DNA of 55,946 nucleotides. It comes from a virus (lineage: Duplodnaviria; Caudoviricetes). Of this stretch, positions 24,506 through 33,696 are shown one piece after another. Numbering within the stretch: the stretch's first letter is position 1; each line of letters begins with the position of its first letter. The stretch is taken from the IMG/VR virus record IMGVR_UViG_3300032076_000005, positions 1 through 55,946 of that record. One strand, 5' to 3'. The notes under the pieces were generated by a model. It saw only the letters and a program-made list of their open reading frames with translations. It did no database searches and was not told where the DNA came from. The translations under genes and the position numbers were made by a program.

Positions 24506-27399
24506 ATACTAGGCAATTTTTAACCGCCGTATGGCCCGCCAAGGGACCATACTGCATCGCCACCCCGTGGGTAACTCCCGATGGTAAGAAGGTCTACTCG
24601 CATCGCGCGTTCGATTCGATTGACGATGTGATGACCTTCATCCTGCGATTCAAATCATCGAAGGATTTATATTTTGCGCCGCATACCCTGAAGGTCAGGC
24701 GCGAGCTGAACCCGGAGACTGGGAAACTCCAGACCTATCGGACCCACGAGAACATGAAGGAGGTGCTTGCCTTCTTCTTCGACATCGATGCGGGGACGGG
24801 AGAGAACAAACACTACACCACCCAGGACGAGATACTCAGTGCACTAGAACAATTTTTGTTCGCAACCTCCTTGCCGAATCCGTTCGTCGTCAGCTCGGGA
24901 TATGGTATTCATGTTTACTGGATAATCGACGCGCCCATGGAGTCCGTGGCATGGCGCGAGCCGGCCGAGCGACTGTTCTGGCTGGCCCAGCAGCACGGGC
25001 TGCACGTCGACCCGTCTCGCACCACCGACCAAAGCTCCGTGCTGCGCGTCCCTGGTGCGTTCAACCTCAAGGACCCCAAGCACCCGCGCCGGGTAGAGAT
25101 GCTCGCCGCGGGCACGGTGGGCCCGGAGTTCCTGATCAGGCTCAACGCTCTGACCGCGAACTACACCCCCAGCGCCGCTAACTCGTTCCCGAAAGGAAAC
25201 GGCGCGGCTCGTGGTAACGGGATGGGCGTGGCATGGGACGGTCGCCACCCGCCGGCCGACGAGGTCGCTGACGTCTGCGAGCACATGCGGACGTTTCGCG
25301 ACAGCCGGGGGAACATCCTCGAGCCGGCGTGGCACGCCGGCATCGGCACCATCAAGCACTGCGACAATGGGCAGGATAAAGCCCATGAGTGGTCGAGCGG
25401 TTATCCCGGCTACACTAAGGAAGAGACACAGGCTAAGCTCGATGCCTGGACCCTGCCACCACCGGGCTGCGAGAAGATCGACAAAAACAGTGGCGACCCA
25501 GCGATCTGCGCGCGCTGCCCGTTCGCCGATCTGGCGAAGAACCCGATCCTGATCGCCAACAAGGTCTACGAACAGAAGCACCAACCGCAGAATGGATCGA
25601 CGACACTCACGCCGCCATGCGATCCGCCGCCGCCCTACGTTCTGGATATGACCCGTGGGGTCAAGGAGAAAAAGGCTGGTTTGATTTGTGAGTGGCCCAT
25701 GTTCCCAATACATTGGGTCACGGCAACCTCGAACGAATCTTGCCTCTCGCTCTGGATGGTCAAGCCGCGGCGCGAGGACTGGGTGCAGATCGAGGTCATG
25801 AACGACGAGCTGGAGTTAAAGAACTTGGCATCGGCACTGCGGGATAAAGACGTTGTCGTGAGCCCAAAGCACGTCAAGCATATGCACGGATATATGCTGG
25901 CCTACCTCAAGGAGCTGCACAAGCACCAGGATTCCCTTAAGCAGTATGACTACGTTGGGTGGGAGACCAAGCAGCCGAAGCTGGCCGATATCAACACGCC
26001 GATCGAGCTTGGCGATCCGAAATATTTCATCCTCTACGGTCGGAGGATTTCAGTCGTGGACGGCTCGGTTATCCCCTGCGTCATGACCAGGAACACGCAA
26101 CTCGAAGGCATGAGCCGCGAGGGCAGCTTGGCGCAGCAGATCGCACTGATGGAATTCTACAACAAGCCGGGATATATAGCGCAGCAGTTCACTATCGCTG
26201 CGTCACTGGCGACGCCGTTCTTTCGATTCTCGAACCAGCACGGCATGCTGATCTGCCTGACCGGAGACACCGGCTCGTCAAAGAGCACCGGTGCGTTCTT
26301 TGCCGCCAGCTTGTGGGGCCACCCCGAACTGTTTGGCATCAGTGGAACACGATCGAACGCTACCGACAAGGCGCGCCAGGAGCGCGGTGCGGTCCTGCGT
26401 AACCTGCCGTTCGTGGTTGACGAGATCACACTCTTAGAGCCGGAGGTGATGCGTGAGATCGTGCTCTCTGCCACGCAGGCGGGATCACGTAGCCGCCTGA
26501 AAGCCACCGGTGAGTTTCGCCAGACGCGCGGCGGTCACAAGTCGAACCTGACCATCTGCACCTCAAACAGCTCACTGGTGCAGACCGTCACCACCAACAG
26601 CCCTACCGGCCAAGCCAGCATCATGCGCATCTTTGAGATCAAGGTGGAACAGAACGATGCGCGCTCTAAGACTGAAGCCGATGATGTCATCGCACAGCTT
26701 AATGTAAATTATGGTTGGATCGGTGAAGACATGCTGCGCCGATGTTTGCCATACACCAAAGTGATCCGCGAAAAGTTCCTGGAAATCCTGCGGCAGTTGG
26801 AAGCCGATATCAACGCCACTCAAGAAGAGCGCTTCATGACGGCAGCCGCCGCCACGGCTCTGCTCGGGATCAAGCTAGGCAACAAGCTGGGCTATTTCAG
26901 GTTCAGCTACAAGGTCATGCGGGACTGGCTGATCAACGTGCAGATTCCAGCTATGCGGGGCATCGTCGCAATCGAGCGCGAGCATCAATCTCCAGAAGCG
27001 ATCCTCAATGAATACCTGGAGGCGATTAATCCGAACATCTGCCGCATCAACAAGAACATGCGGAACGAAACCGAGGTGCTCTACACGCCGCCGTACGTCG
27101 AGTGCAAGGCGCGCTATGAGATCGCCAAGGGGATACTGTATGCGCGCAGCGTGCCGTTCATCGAGTATTGCATCGCGCATCACTACGATTACAGTGGCAT
27201 CCTACAGCGCCTCGCAACCAACGGACCGATTATTCACAAGGCGATCCGGCGGCGCATGCGGGCGGAGCAAGGAACTTTCAGCAACCCGGTCGCCTGCTTC
27301 GCCATCTCGGTCAAGGCGACGTCGGTGATTGCGGTGCCGAGCACGCCCGACGAGTCCAGGAAGATTGTCGAACTCAAGACTCCACCGGCACGACCTTGA
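24502..27399 (+). CDS. Primase-helicase (RepB-like primase, Zn motif, DUF927 ATPase)
   Basis: FFDID, SGYGIHVYW, VLRVPG..N.K; C..I...C..CP; GDTGSSKST and VVDE. Confidence 0.9.
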   Translation: MNTRQFLTAVWPAKGPYCIATPWVTPDGKKVYSHRAFDSIDDVMTFILRFKSSKDLYFAPHTLKVRRELNPETGKLQTYRTHENMKEVLAFFFDIDAGTGENKHYTTQDEILSALEQFLFATSLPNPFVVSSGYGIHVYWIIDAPMESVAWREPAERLFWLAQQHGLHVDPSRTTDQSSVLRVPGAFNLKDPKHPRRVEMLAAGTVGPEFLIRLNALTANYTPSAANSFPKGNGAARGNGMGVAWDGRHPPADEVADVCEHMRTFRDSRGNILEPAWHAGIGTIKHCDNGQDKAHEWSSGYPGYTKEETQAKLDAWTLPPPGCEKIDKNSGDPAICARCPFADLAKNPILIANKVYEQKHQPQNGSTTLTPPCDPPPPYVLDMTRGVKEKKAGLICEWPMFPIHWVTATSNESCLSLWMVKPRREDWVQIEVMNDELELKNLASALRDKDVVVSPKHVKHMHGYMLAYLKELHKHQDSLKQYDYVGWETKQPKLADINTPIELGDPKYFILYGRRISVVDGSVIPCVMTRNTQLEGMSREGSLAQQIALMEFYNKPGYIAQQFTIAASLATPFFRFSNQHGMLICLTGDTGSSKSTGAFFAASLWGHPELFGISGTRSNATDKARQERGAVLRNLPFVVDEITLLEPEVMREIVLSATQAGSRSRLKATGEFRQTRGGHKSNLTICTSNSSLVQTVTTNSPTGQASIMRIFEIKVEQNDARSKTEADDVIAQLNVNYGWIGEDMLRRCLPYTKVIREKFLEILRQLEADINATQEERFMTAAAATALLGIKLGNKLGYFRFSYKVMRDWLINVQIPAMRGIVAIEREHQSPEAILNEYLEAINPNICRINKNMRNETEVLYTPPYVECKARYEIAKGILYARSVPFIEYCIAHHYDYSGILQRLATNGPIIHKAIRRRMRAEQGTFSNPVACFAISVKATSVIAVPSTPDESRKIVELKTPPARP

Positions 27400-27439
27400 A
27401 GCCCTCACGTCATAGCCATCCTGCTCGTTCTCGTCCTCG

Positions 27440-29032
27440 TCATCTGGGCGCGCCACGGCTGAGCCCCATCTGCTTCGCGCCCTGAGCATTGAGCGCCGCG
27501 ATCTTGCCGCGCCCGAGCTTGTCGGCGGCTGCCTTGTTGAGCACCGCCTCGTGCGGAGCCAGCATCGCCGGCACCTTGTCGACCGTCCCCGAGCCCTGTC
27601 CTGGCACCGCAGTTGCCCCAAAGAGGTAGCCCGCCCCAAAAGGGTACCCCGGATTAGGGAGCACCCTGGTCAGGCCCGTCGCGCCACGGATGGCGACCGG
27701 CCCGGTCAGGGGTGCCATCGGCCGGGTCGGGCTCACCGTGTTGACGAAGCTGGAAAGGGCCTGGAGGAAAGGACTGGGCGTGTAGGTCGGCTGCATTATC
27801 GGCACATTGGCGGTGCCTTCGGCGAACCCCGGAATGCGAACCGGGTTCGGGACACCCGGAGTCCGACTCGTCGGCACCCCTACTGCGGGGCTGGCAGACA
27901 CCGGTAACGGGGTCGCGGGAGTGGGCGTGTTGATGACCGGGTTCGCCGGAGCCGGTGAGCCAGCGGTCACGCCACCACCGCTCGGAGCCGCCGGCTGCGA
28001 ACCGGCACCCTGGAAGCCCATCGAGCTGCTGTCACCCAGGCCGCCGATGCTCACATCGCTGGTGCCGTCGGCGTAATGCCGCACGTTGACCGCGCCCCTA
28101 GCAAAGCCTGGGGCTGCCGCTACACCGCTCGCAGGAGCCTGTGGGAGGGCGTCAGCCGCTCCTGGGCCTGCCGCCCCTGCCCCGGGCCCTGGAGCCACTC
28201 CTGGGCCTCCTGGGCCCTGCGCAGCGGCCATGAGGGTCGGCAGGATGGATTCCAGTCCGCCGCCACCGCCACCCGCGCCTTTACCACCCTTGCCGCCGCT
28301 CTTGGCCGCGGCCTTGCCGCCGCCAACGTTAGCGGACCCGCGCTTGAAACCGCTCACGGTCGAGCCTGCCTGTCCGGCCTTTTTCGCCTTCAGCGTCGGT
28401 GTCGCAGCATTGAGCAGCGACTGTGCTCCAGTGGTCAGGTCCGCCGCCGACGACAGCGGTCGCGTCAGGTCCGGCAGCGCCAATGGCGGGAGCGCCGAAC
28501 GGGACGCGGGCCGCTGGTCGGTCTGGTCGATGGTTGCGGCGGGTGACACGATTGGCGGAGGTGCTGTCTCGACTGGTGCTGGCGCGATCTGATTCAGCTG
28601 ATCCCGCAGTGAGGGCATCGTCGACCATGCGGGTGCCACTGGCATGGGTGGGATGGCTGCCTCAGTCGCTGGTGCCGGAATGCTCGCCCCTGGCGCGGGC
28701 AACGGCGGCGGCGCTGCCGCTTGCGGCGCGCCCTGCATGTAGCCGCCTTGGGTCATCCGATCGTGGATCGCGCCCCAGGCTTCAGGAGGCAGATACCGGT
28801 TGGCCTTCTCGGTGGCCGCCTGCTCGACGCGGAGCTGACCCTCGCCACGCTGGTTGAACCCGGTGGCCGCCTGCAGCTCACGTAGAGACGCGGCGTTCGG
28901 CGCAACCTGACCGCCCTCCTCGCGGGTCCTGTAGGCATCGGCGATGTTTCGTTGATACTCGCCCTCAGCCTGCTTGCCGAGGATCGCGTATTTCTGACCC
29001 ATCCAGTAGGCCATATCCGGAGGTGCGGGCAT
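27440..29032 (-). CDS. Low-complexity internal virion/ejection protein
   Basis: Repeated (F/Y)A.G(T/A)..V motifs; C-terminal G.G.GTVDKVPAMLAPHEAVLNKAA...G...ALN seen in tape-measure/ejection proteins. Confidence 0.7.
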   Translation of the reverse strand: MPAPPDMAYWMGQKYAILGKQAEGEYQRNIADAYRTREEGGQVAPNAASLRELQAATGFNQRGEGQLRVEQAATEKANRYLPPEAWGAIHDRMTQGGYMQGAPQAAAPPPLPAPGASIPAPATEAAIPPMPVAPAWSTMPSLRDQLNQIAPAPVETAPPPIVSPAATIDQTDQRPASRSALPPLALPDLTRPLSSAADLTTGAQSLLNAATPTLKAKKAGQAGSTVSGFKRGSANVGGGKAAAKSGGKGGKGAGGGGGGLESILPTLMAAAQGPGGPGVAPGPGAGAAGPGAADALPQAPASGVAAAPGFARGAVNVRHYADGTSDVSIGGLGDSSSMGFQGAGSQPAAPSGGGVTAGSPAPANPVINTPTPATPLPVSASPAVGVPTSRTPGVPNPVRIPGFAEGTANVPIMQPTYTPSPFLQALSSFVNTVSPTRPMAPLTGPVAIRGATGLTRVLPNPGYPFGAGYLFGATAVPGQGSGTVDKVPAMLAPHEAVLNKAAADKLGRGKIAALNAQGAKQMGLSRGAPR

Positions 29033-29043
29033 CGTCGTTGCTC

Positions 29044-31218
29044 CTACGCACTTTGATTGTAATTCGTGTTGGTGTTGTCCGACGTCGAGGTGATGGTCTC
29101 GTCGATCGAGCTGGTCGAGTCGCTCGTGCTGTCCGACGTCGAGTCGCTCGTGCTGTCCGACGTCGAGTCGCTGGTGCTGTCGCTCGTGCTATCCGACGTC
29201 GAATCGCTAGTCGAATCGCTCGTGCTGTCGCTAGTGCTATCGCTCGTGCTGTCGCTTGTGCTGTCGCTTGTACTGTCGCTCGTCGAGTCGCTTGTGCTGT
29301 CGATGGTGCTCATGTTGGTGTTCATGTTGTCGGACGTGCTGTTGCTCGTGCTATTGCTGTCGCTGTAGCTCGTGCTCGTGCTGGTGTTCCAGTTCGTGTT
29401 GTCGCTTGTGTTGGTGTTGAAGTTCTCGCTGTCGCTCGACTGCATGTTCGAAGACCACTGCGAGCTGTTGTGCCAGCTGATCGCACCGAGCGCCGCAGCC
29501 CCGAGTTGAGCACAGACCTGCGCCCCCACCTTGGATGCATCGAGCGATAGACCTCGTGCGGAGACGTAGAGATCGCCGTTGGCTTTCGCAGCCTGGATCG
29601 CGATCTGCGCGACCTGGACGTTCTCGTTGATGACCGCCTCCCACTGCGAAGTGAGCACCTGATTGTAGCTCTGGATCGCGGCGACCTGCGCCTTGAACAC
29701 CTCCGCCGTTGCGGTGTTGAACATGCTGGCGGCCTGAGCCTCACCGACCATGCCCTTAATGGCGGCGTCGTAGCCGGCGAGCTGCGCCTGATAGGCTTCC
29801 ACCTGAGAATGGAACACAGCAACACGCGCGTTGATCTGCGCCACGTTGGCGTTAACCTCGGCGGTGTAGGCATCGACCTCGGTCTTGAAGGCTTGTTCGA
29901 TCGTGGCCTGCGCCTCGATGCTCGCCTTGTAGCCTTCGACCTCAGCGGTGTAAGCATTGACCCGCGCGACGAATGCCTGGATTTCTGCGCTGTAGATTTC
30001 GACCTTGATCTTCTCGATGTTGGCTTGGGTCTGAATGATCTCGACCTGGGTCTTGTAGATTTGCAGCACTGCCTCGGCAGCCTGGACCTCGACCTCGTAT
30101 TGGTGAACCAGCGCGGTGTTGATCTCGGCCTTGGTTTTCTCGTATTCGACCTGCGCCTGGGTCACCTGAACCTGCGCTATGAGCCCCTTGATTTGGGTGT
30201 CGTAGACCAGCGCCTGAGTTTTGTAGCCCTCCAGCGAAGCAGTATATGCCTGCACTGCTGCATTGTAGACCGCGATGCCGGCCTCGGTCGCATACTTGGC
30301 GGCCTCGAACGTGAGCTGCGCGGTTTCATTGGCATATTGAATCAGCCGGTATTCCAGCTTGACAGCTTCCTCGCGAGCCTTGGAGATGTTCTCCAGCTGC
30401 AGCTCGGCCTGCTTGGTCATGATCTCGCGCGACAGGCCGTCGATCGTATAATTTGTTTCAGTCTGTATTTTAATCCGGGCGTCGACAAAGACACCGGGCG
30501 GGAATGCATAGCCCAACGCTTCCATGCGGTTCAGCTCGGCGAGCGCCGCCGCCTGCTGGCGATACTCGCGCTCGCGGCCGGCGTCCCACAGCGCCTGCTG
30601 GACCGCCTTGTTGAGCGTCGTGTATTCACCGGTGGTGATCGCGAGGTCGAGTTCGTTCTGCAGGTCGGTCAGCAGCTGCGAGGTGTAGAGCGAGCCCGGC
30701 GTGTAGTTGAACGGCGGCGGAGGCTGAGCAGTGAACCCCGGCACTTGCGCGTCGAACGAAGGAATGACGATCTTCGGGAAATTTACGTCGTCGATCGACA
30801 TCAACGCCGGCGGTTCCGGCAGCGTCACCGAGACCGTTGGGTAGGTGAAATCGAGATTGGTGACCGGCGCGTCGGGCTCCGCGCCGGAGAACGGCGGCGG
30901 TGCGGTGCCAAAATTCAGGACCGGCGGGACACCCGTGAAAGGTGGGATGATCAAGCCGGAGACGTCCACGTTCCCGTTGAAGGGCGGCGGCTGACCCGGA
31001 ACGGTCCAGGTCACCTGCTCCAAGGTTGGCGTCGTCGCCTGCCCCGGAATGGGTGGCGCGCTGACCGTCGGGAAATTCACGTTGATCACCGGCGGCACGA
31101 GCTCGCTAGCCTGCGCCTCAAGCGCGGCAATGTAGTCCTGGGCTAGGTTCACCAGCTCCTGGGACACACCGAACATATACGATGGATCGCCCCAGACCTG
31201 CGGTGGTATGTAGGGCAT
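29044..31218 (-). CDS. Virion protein: Pro-rich N-terminus, long helical core, C-terminal (SDST)n tract
   Basis: 724-aa ORF in the late operon. Confidence 0.8.
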   Translation of the reverse strand: MPYIPPQVWGDPSYMFGVSQELVNLAQDYIAALEAQASELVPPVINVNFPTVSAPPIPGQATTPTLEQVTWTVPGQPPPFNGNVDVSGLIIPPFTGVPPVLNFGTAPPPFSGAEPDAPVTNLDFTYPTVSVTLPEPPALMSIDDVNFPKIVIPSFDAQVPGFTAQPPPPFNYTPGSLYTSQLLTDLQNELDLAITTGEYTTLNKAVQQALWDAGREREYRQQAAALAELNRMEALGYAFPPGVFVDARIKIQTETNYTIDGLSREIMTKQAELQLENISKAREEAVKLEYRLIQYANETAQLTFEAAKYATEAGIAVYNAAVQAYTASLEGYKTQALVYDTQIKGLIAQVQVTQAQVEYEKTKAEINTALVHQYEVEVQAAEAVLQIYKTQVEIIQTQANIEKIKVEIYSAEIQAFVARVNAYTAEVEGYKASIEAQATIEQAFKTEVDAYTAEVNANVAQINARVAVFHSQVEAYQAQLAGYDAAIKGMVGEAQAASMFNTATAEVFKAQVAAIQSYNQVLTSQWEAVINENVQVAQIAIQAAKANGDLYVSARGLSLDASKVGAQVCAQLGAAALGAISWHNSSQWSSNMQSSDSENFNTNTSDNTNWNTSTSTSYSDSNSTSNSTSDNMNTNMSTIDSTSDSTSDSTSDSTSDSTSDSTSDSTSDSTSDSTSDSTSDSTSDSTSDSTSDSTSDSTSDSTSSIDETITSTSDNTNTNYNQSA

Positions 31219-31221
31219 GAG

Positions 31222-32733
31222 CTAGCCTCCAGCAGGCGCGTCGCCGCCGATGCTCGGGTCCGGGAAATATGCCTTGATCCGCCCCGTTTTGACAACATCG
31301 CCCTTGAGCTTCCCTAGGTTCATCGGCGATTGCCATGGTATGCTGGATGCTGCGAAGCCAATCTCTGGCGTGCCCAACTGCTTGTTCCCGCTTTCCTTGT
31401 GGGTCGGATCAAGTGATGACAATGGTGGCACGAAAGCCGGCGTGTCAGGGCCGGTGCTCCAGTCCCAGATAGGGGGATCGCCGACGGCGGTCTTGGTGGT
31501 CGGCACATAGACCGGCGACGGGTTAGTCGGAATCTGTTTCCCATCCTTGCCCGGCGCGGTGATGAACAGCCGGCGGTTTTCCTCCTGGCTAGTATCGAGC
31601 ACGACGTCGGTGAAGAACAGCAGCTCAGCCATCTCGATCTTACGAATGTGGCCTACGTATTTTTCCACGCATGGGATACCTACCGGGGCGGAAGGCACAG
31701 TCATGCTGCCGATCGAGTAGCTCCCTGGTGGGCAATCTCCTCCTCCCTCCGTGGCGGCTGCAACTGAGCAACCAGCCGTGACGACCTGATTGGTGTCCTC
31801 AAGAGGATAGATGCCCGTCTTGTAATCCACATCGTCAATAGCGACATAGGCGGTGCACGATTGGCTAATGCCACCACTTCCGCTCGACGCGCATCCGCTG
31901 CTCATGTCGACAGAGACCATGACGTGATGCCACGTATCGCCAGATAATGGTGCACCCTGTGGACCGAAGTTGAGTGCGCCCGTGCCCATGTCGCCAGGAA
32001 TCGGCCCGGAGGTAAGTTTTCCGTCGACATGCTCGTGGCCGCTGCTGCCATCGAATATGCAGTTGGCGGCGACCGCGGTGAGTAACCGATACGTGAGCAC
32101 CCAAAAGACGTACAGCATTATGCTGCAAAAATCGGTGCCCGGTGCTGTGTAGCTGTCCCCTCCAGCGTCGCAGCCACTCAGGAATTCATAGGTGCAACAT
32201 TCCTCAAGATGACCACCTGTGATGTGCGCACCCTCGGCCGACAGCAGACCACAGTTTCCCGAGAAATCTCCTAGCTGGGTAGATTCAAAATTACATTGCA
32301 GGTTTCCGCCTCCATCAACTGCGATATACGAAGGGTTCGTGGGCTTGCCGGGTGTAGTCGAGTAGCTGACCGTGGTGCTGAACCACTCTTCTGTGTAACC
32401 ACCTGAAAAGCATTCCGGATACCAGTTCACGGTAGCTGTAGGAAAACTGCCTCCATAGGTAACGTGCATGCCACACGTATGAAAGGTCGTACTTTCTGTG
32501 TGCGACGTAAATGAATTCTGCGGCTCAGACGAGGATGGACCCGTGCCCTCCTGCCCAAAAACAAGAAACGGCACAAGCCCCAACAGCGGCGGCGGATCAC
32601 CCGGATCATCTTGATTATCAAAATCATCCTGTTCCTGCTGAGCGGCATCCATCGCCGCCTGCGGCACCCGGACCCAGAACGAGATGACGCACTTACTAAA
32701 CTCTGGAAGGTTTGGCGTGGTCAGATAGCTCAT
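31222..32733 (-). CDS. Tail/receptor-binding protein with a split LamG-like domain and Cys-rich insert
   Basis: ISFWVR ... WHHVMVSVD ... MAELLFF...LD....RRLFI. Confidence 0.6.
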   Translation of the reverse strand: MSYLTTPNLPEFSKCVISFWVRVPQAAMDAAQQEQDDFDNQDDPGDPPPLLGLVPFLVFGQEGTGPSSSEPQNSFTSHTESTTFHTCGMHVTYGGSFPTATVNWYPECFSGGYTEEWFSTTVSYSTTPGKPTNPSYIAVDGGGNLQCNFESTQLGDFSGNCGLLSAEGAHITGGHLEECCTYEFLSGCDAGGDSYTAPGTDFCSIMLYVFWVLTYRLLTAVAANCIFDGSSGHEHVDGKLTSGPIPGDMGTGALNFGPQGAPLSGDTWHHVMVSVDMSSGCASSGSGGISQSCTAYVAIDDVDYKTGIYPLEDTNQVVTAGCSVAAATEGGGDCPPGSYSIGSMTVPSAPVGIPCVEKYVGHIRKIEMAELLFFTDVVLDTSQEENRRLFITAPGKDGKQIPTNPSPVYVPTTKTAVGDPPIWDWSTGPDTPAFVPPLSSLDPTHKESGNKQLGTPEIGFAASSIPWQSPMNLGKLKGDVVKTGRIKAYFPDPSIGGDAPAGG

Positions 32734-32738
32734 GGCGG

Positions 32739-32921
32739 TTACTTGGGTTTGTGCGACAGCATGCCGTGGATGACCATCGAGATGTGCGTGTCGACGTCTC
32801 TCACCGCAGTTCCGAACATCTCCTTGAGAAGCCGCTTGGCTTCTAATATATCACCACGTTGGTAAGCTTCGCGTGCTCTCTTGAACAGCTCGCTACGTTC
32901 TTTGCAACCAGCACAAGCCAT
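32739..32921 (-). CDS. Small CxxC protein
   Basis: MACAGCKER; TGATG coupling. Confidence 0.65.
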   Translation of the reverse strand: MACAGCKERSELFKRAREAYQRGDILEAKRLLKEMFGTAVRDVDTHISMVIHGMLSHKPK

Positions 32922-33508
32922 CAGGGATCACCAGCTCCATCACCGAATTCAACTGCTAGACCATACGGCACATCGATCGTCAGGAAGTTGGGGTGGCCGA
33001 ATGCTTTCTTCTCGACCTCCTCCTCTGGCTGCTCCTCCTTCGGTTTCTCGAGCGGCTTTTCCAGTTCGGGGATTTTCGCCTCTGGTATCTTCGCCTCGGG
33101 CACCTGGGGCAGCTCGAACTCAGGAACCTCTGGCGGCTTCGGCACCTCGGGGAACGTCGGCTCCTCTAATAGAAACTGTTCCCCTGGCGGTATCGGCGGC
33201 TCAGCCCGCGGGCTGACGTGAAAGTGCATTCGCTCCAGTCCCTGGATGTAACTGTAGTAAACATCCAGGTCTTCCAGCGGGAGCGTGGCTTTGCGGATAT
33301 CCCGCCCGCTGAGTTCGATCTGCTGACGCTGGTTCGCGACGAACCGAAAGATGACCGGTAGCTGCTGCCTGACGATCTGCTGCGCCAGCGCATGGGCATT
33401 CTGTCCGGAGCTTGGGTCCACGCCGGCCGTATTGACGTCCTGGCTGACCGCGATCGGAACCTGACCGACCTCGCCGAACGGACTCCATGAGGGCGGTTTC
33501 TCCGGCAT
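32921..33508 (-). CDS. Hypothetical virion protein with Pro/Glu-rich linker
   Basis: 195 aa; PEVP and EAKIP repeats. Confidence 0.7.
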   Translation of the reverse strand: MPEKPPSWSPFGEVGQVPIAVSQDVNTAGVDPSSGQNAHALAQQIVRQQLPVIFRFVANQRQQIELSGRDIRKATLPLEDLDVYYSYIQGLERMHFHVSPRAEPPIPPGEQFLLEEPTFPEVPKPPEVPEFELPQVPEAKIPEAKIPELEKPLEKPKEEQPEEEVEKKAFGHPNFLTIDVPYGLAVEFGDGAGDP

Positions 33509-33529
33509 GGTGTTACATTATGTAACACC
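33509..33529. promoter_or_regulatory. 21-bp palindrome copy 12 (GGTGTTACATTATGTAACACC)
   Basis: Perfect; fills the entire gap between a TAG and the next ATG. Confidence 0.9.
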
Positions 33530-33696
33530 TAGTGGGTGCCGAACAGACGCCCGACGCCGCCGAAGATTTCTGCCGCCAGCCAGAACGAGATCGCCGCCCA
33601 GCCGAGATGGAATCGACCCTGCTGCGTGCCGATGACCGTTGCCAGCACTGCGCAGACAAAGCCGAACACAAGGAACACCAAACTAAGATTTGCCAT
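33529..33696 (-). CDS. 55-aa two-TM membrane protein (holin-like size and topology)
   Basis: MANLSLVFLVFGFVCAVLATVIGTQQGRFHLGWAAISFWLAAEIFGGVGRLFGTH; TGATG coupling; below the ORF-track cutoff. Confidence 0.7.
   Translation of the reverse strand: MANLSLVFLVFGFVCAVLATVIGTQQGRFHLGWAAISFWLAAEIFGGVGRLFGTH

Noticed and set aside
29809-31146. 445-aa + strand ORF and similar long antisense ORFs (11015-12181, 15476-16504, 43452-44507)
   Set aside because: Antisense shadows of well-supported genes caused by GC3 codon bias
3444-33529. Palindromes as canonical parS, dif or N4 vRNAP hairpin promoters
   Set aside because: They do not match parS (TGTTTCACGTGAAACA) or dif; no ParB or virion RNA polymerase motifs were recognised in the window
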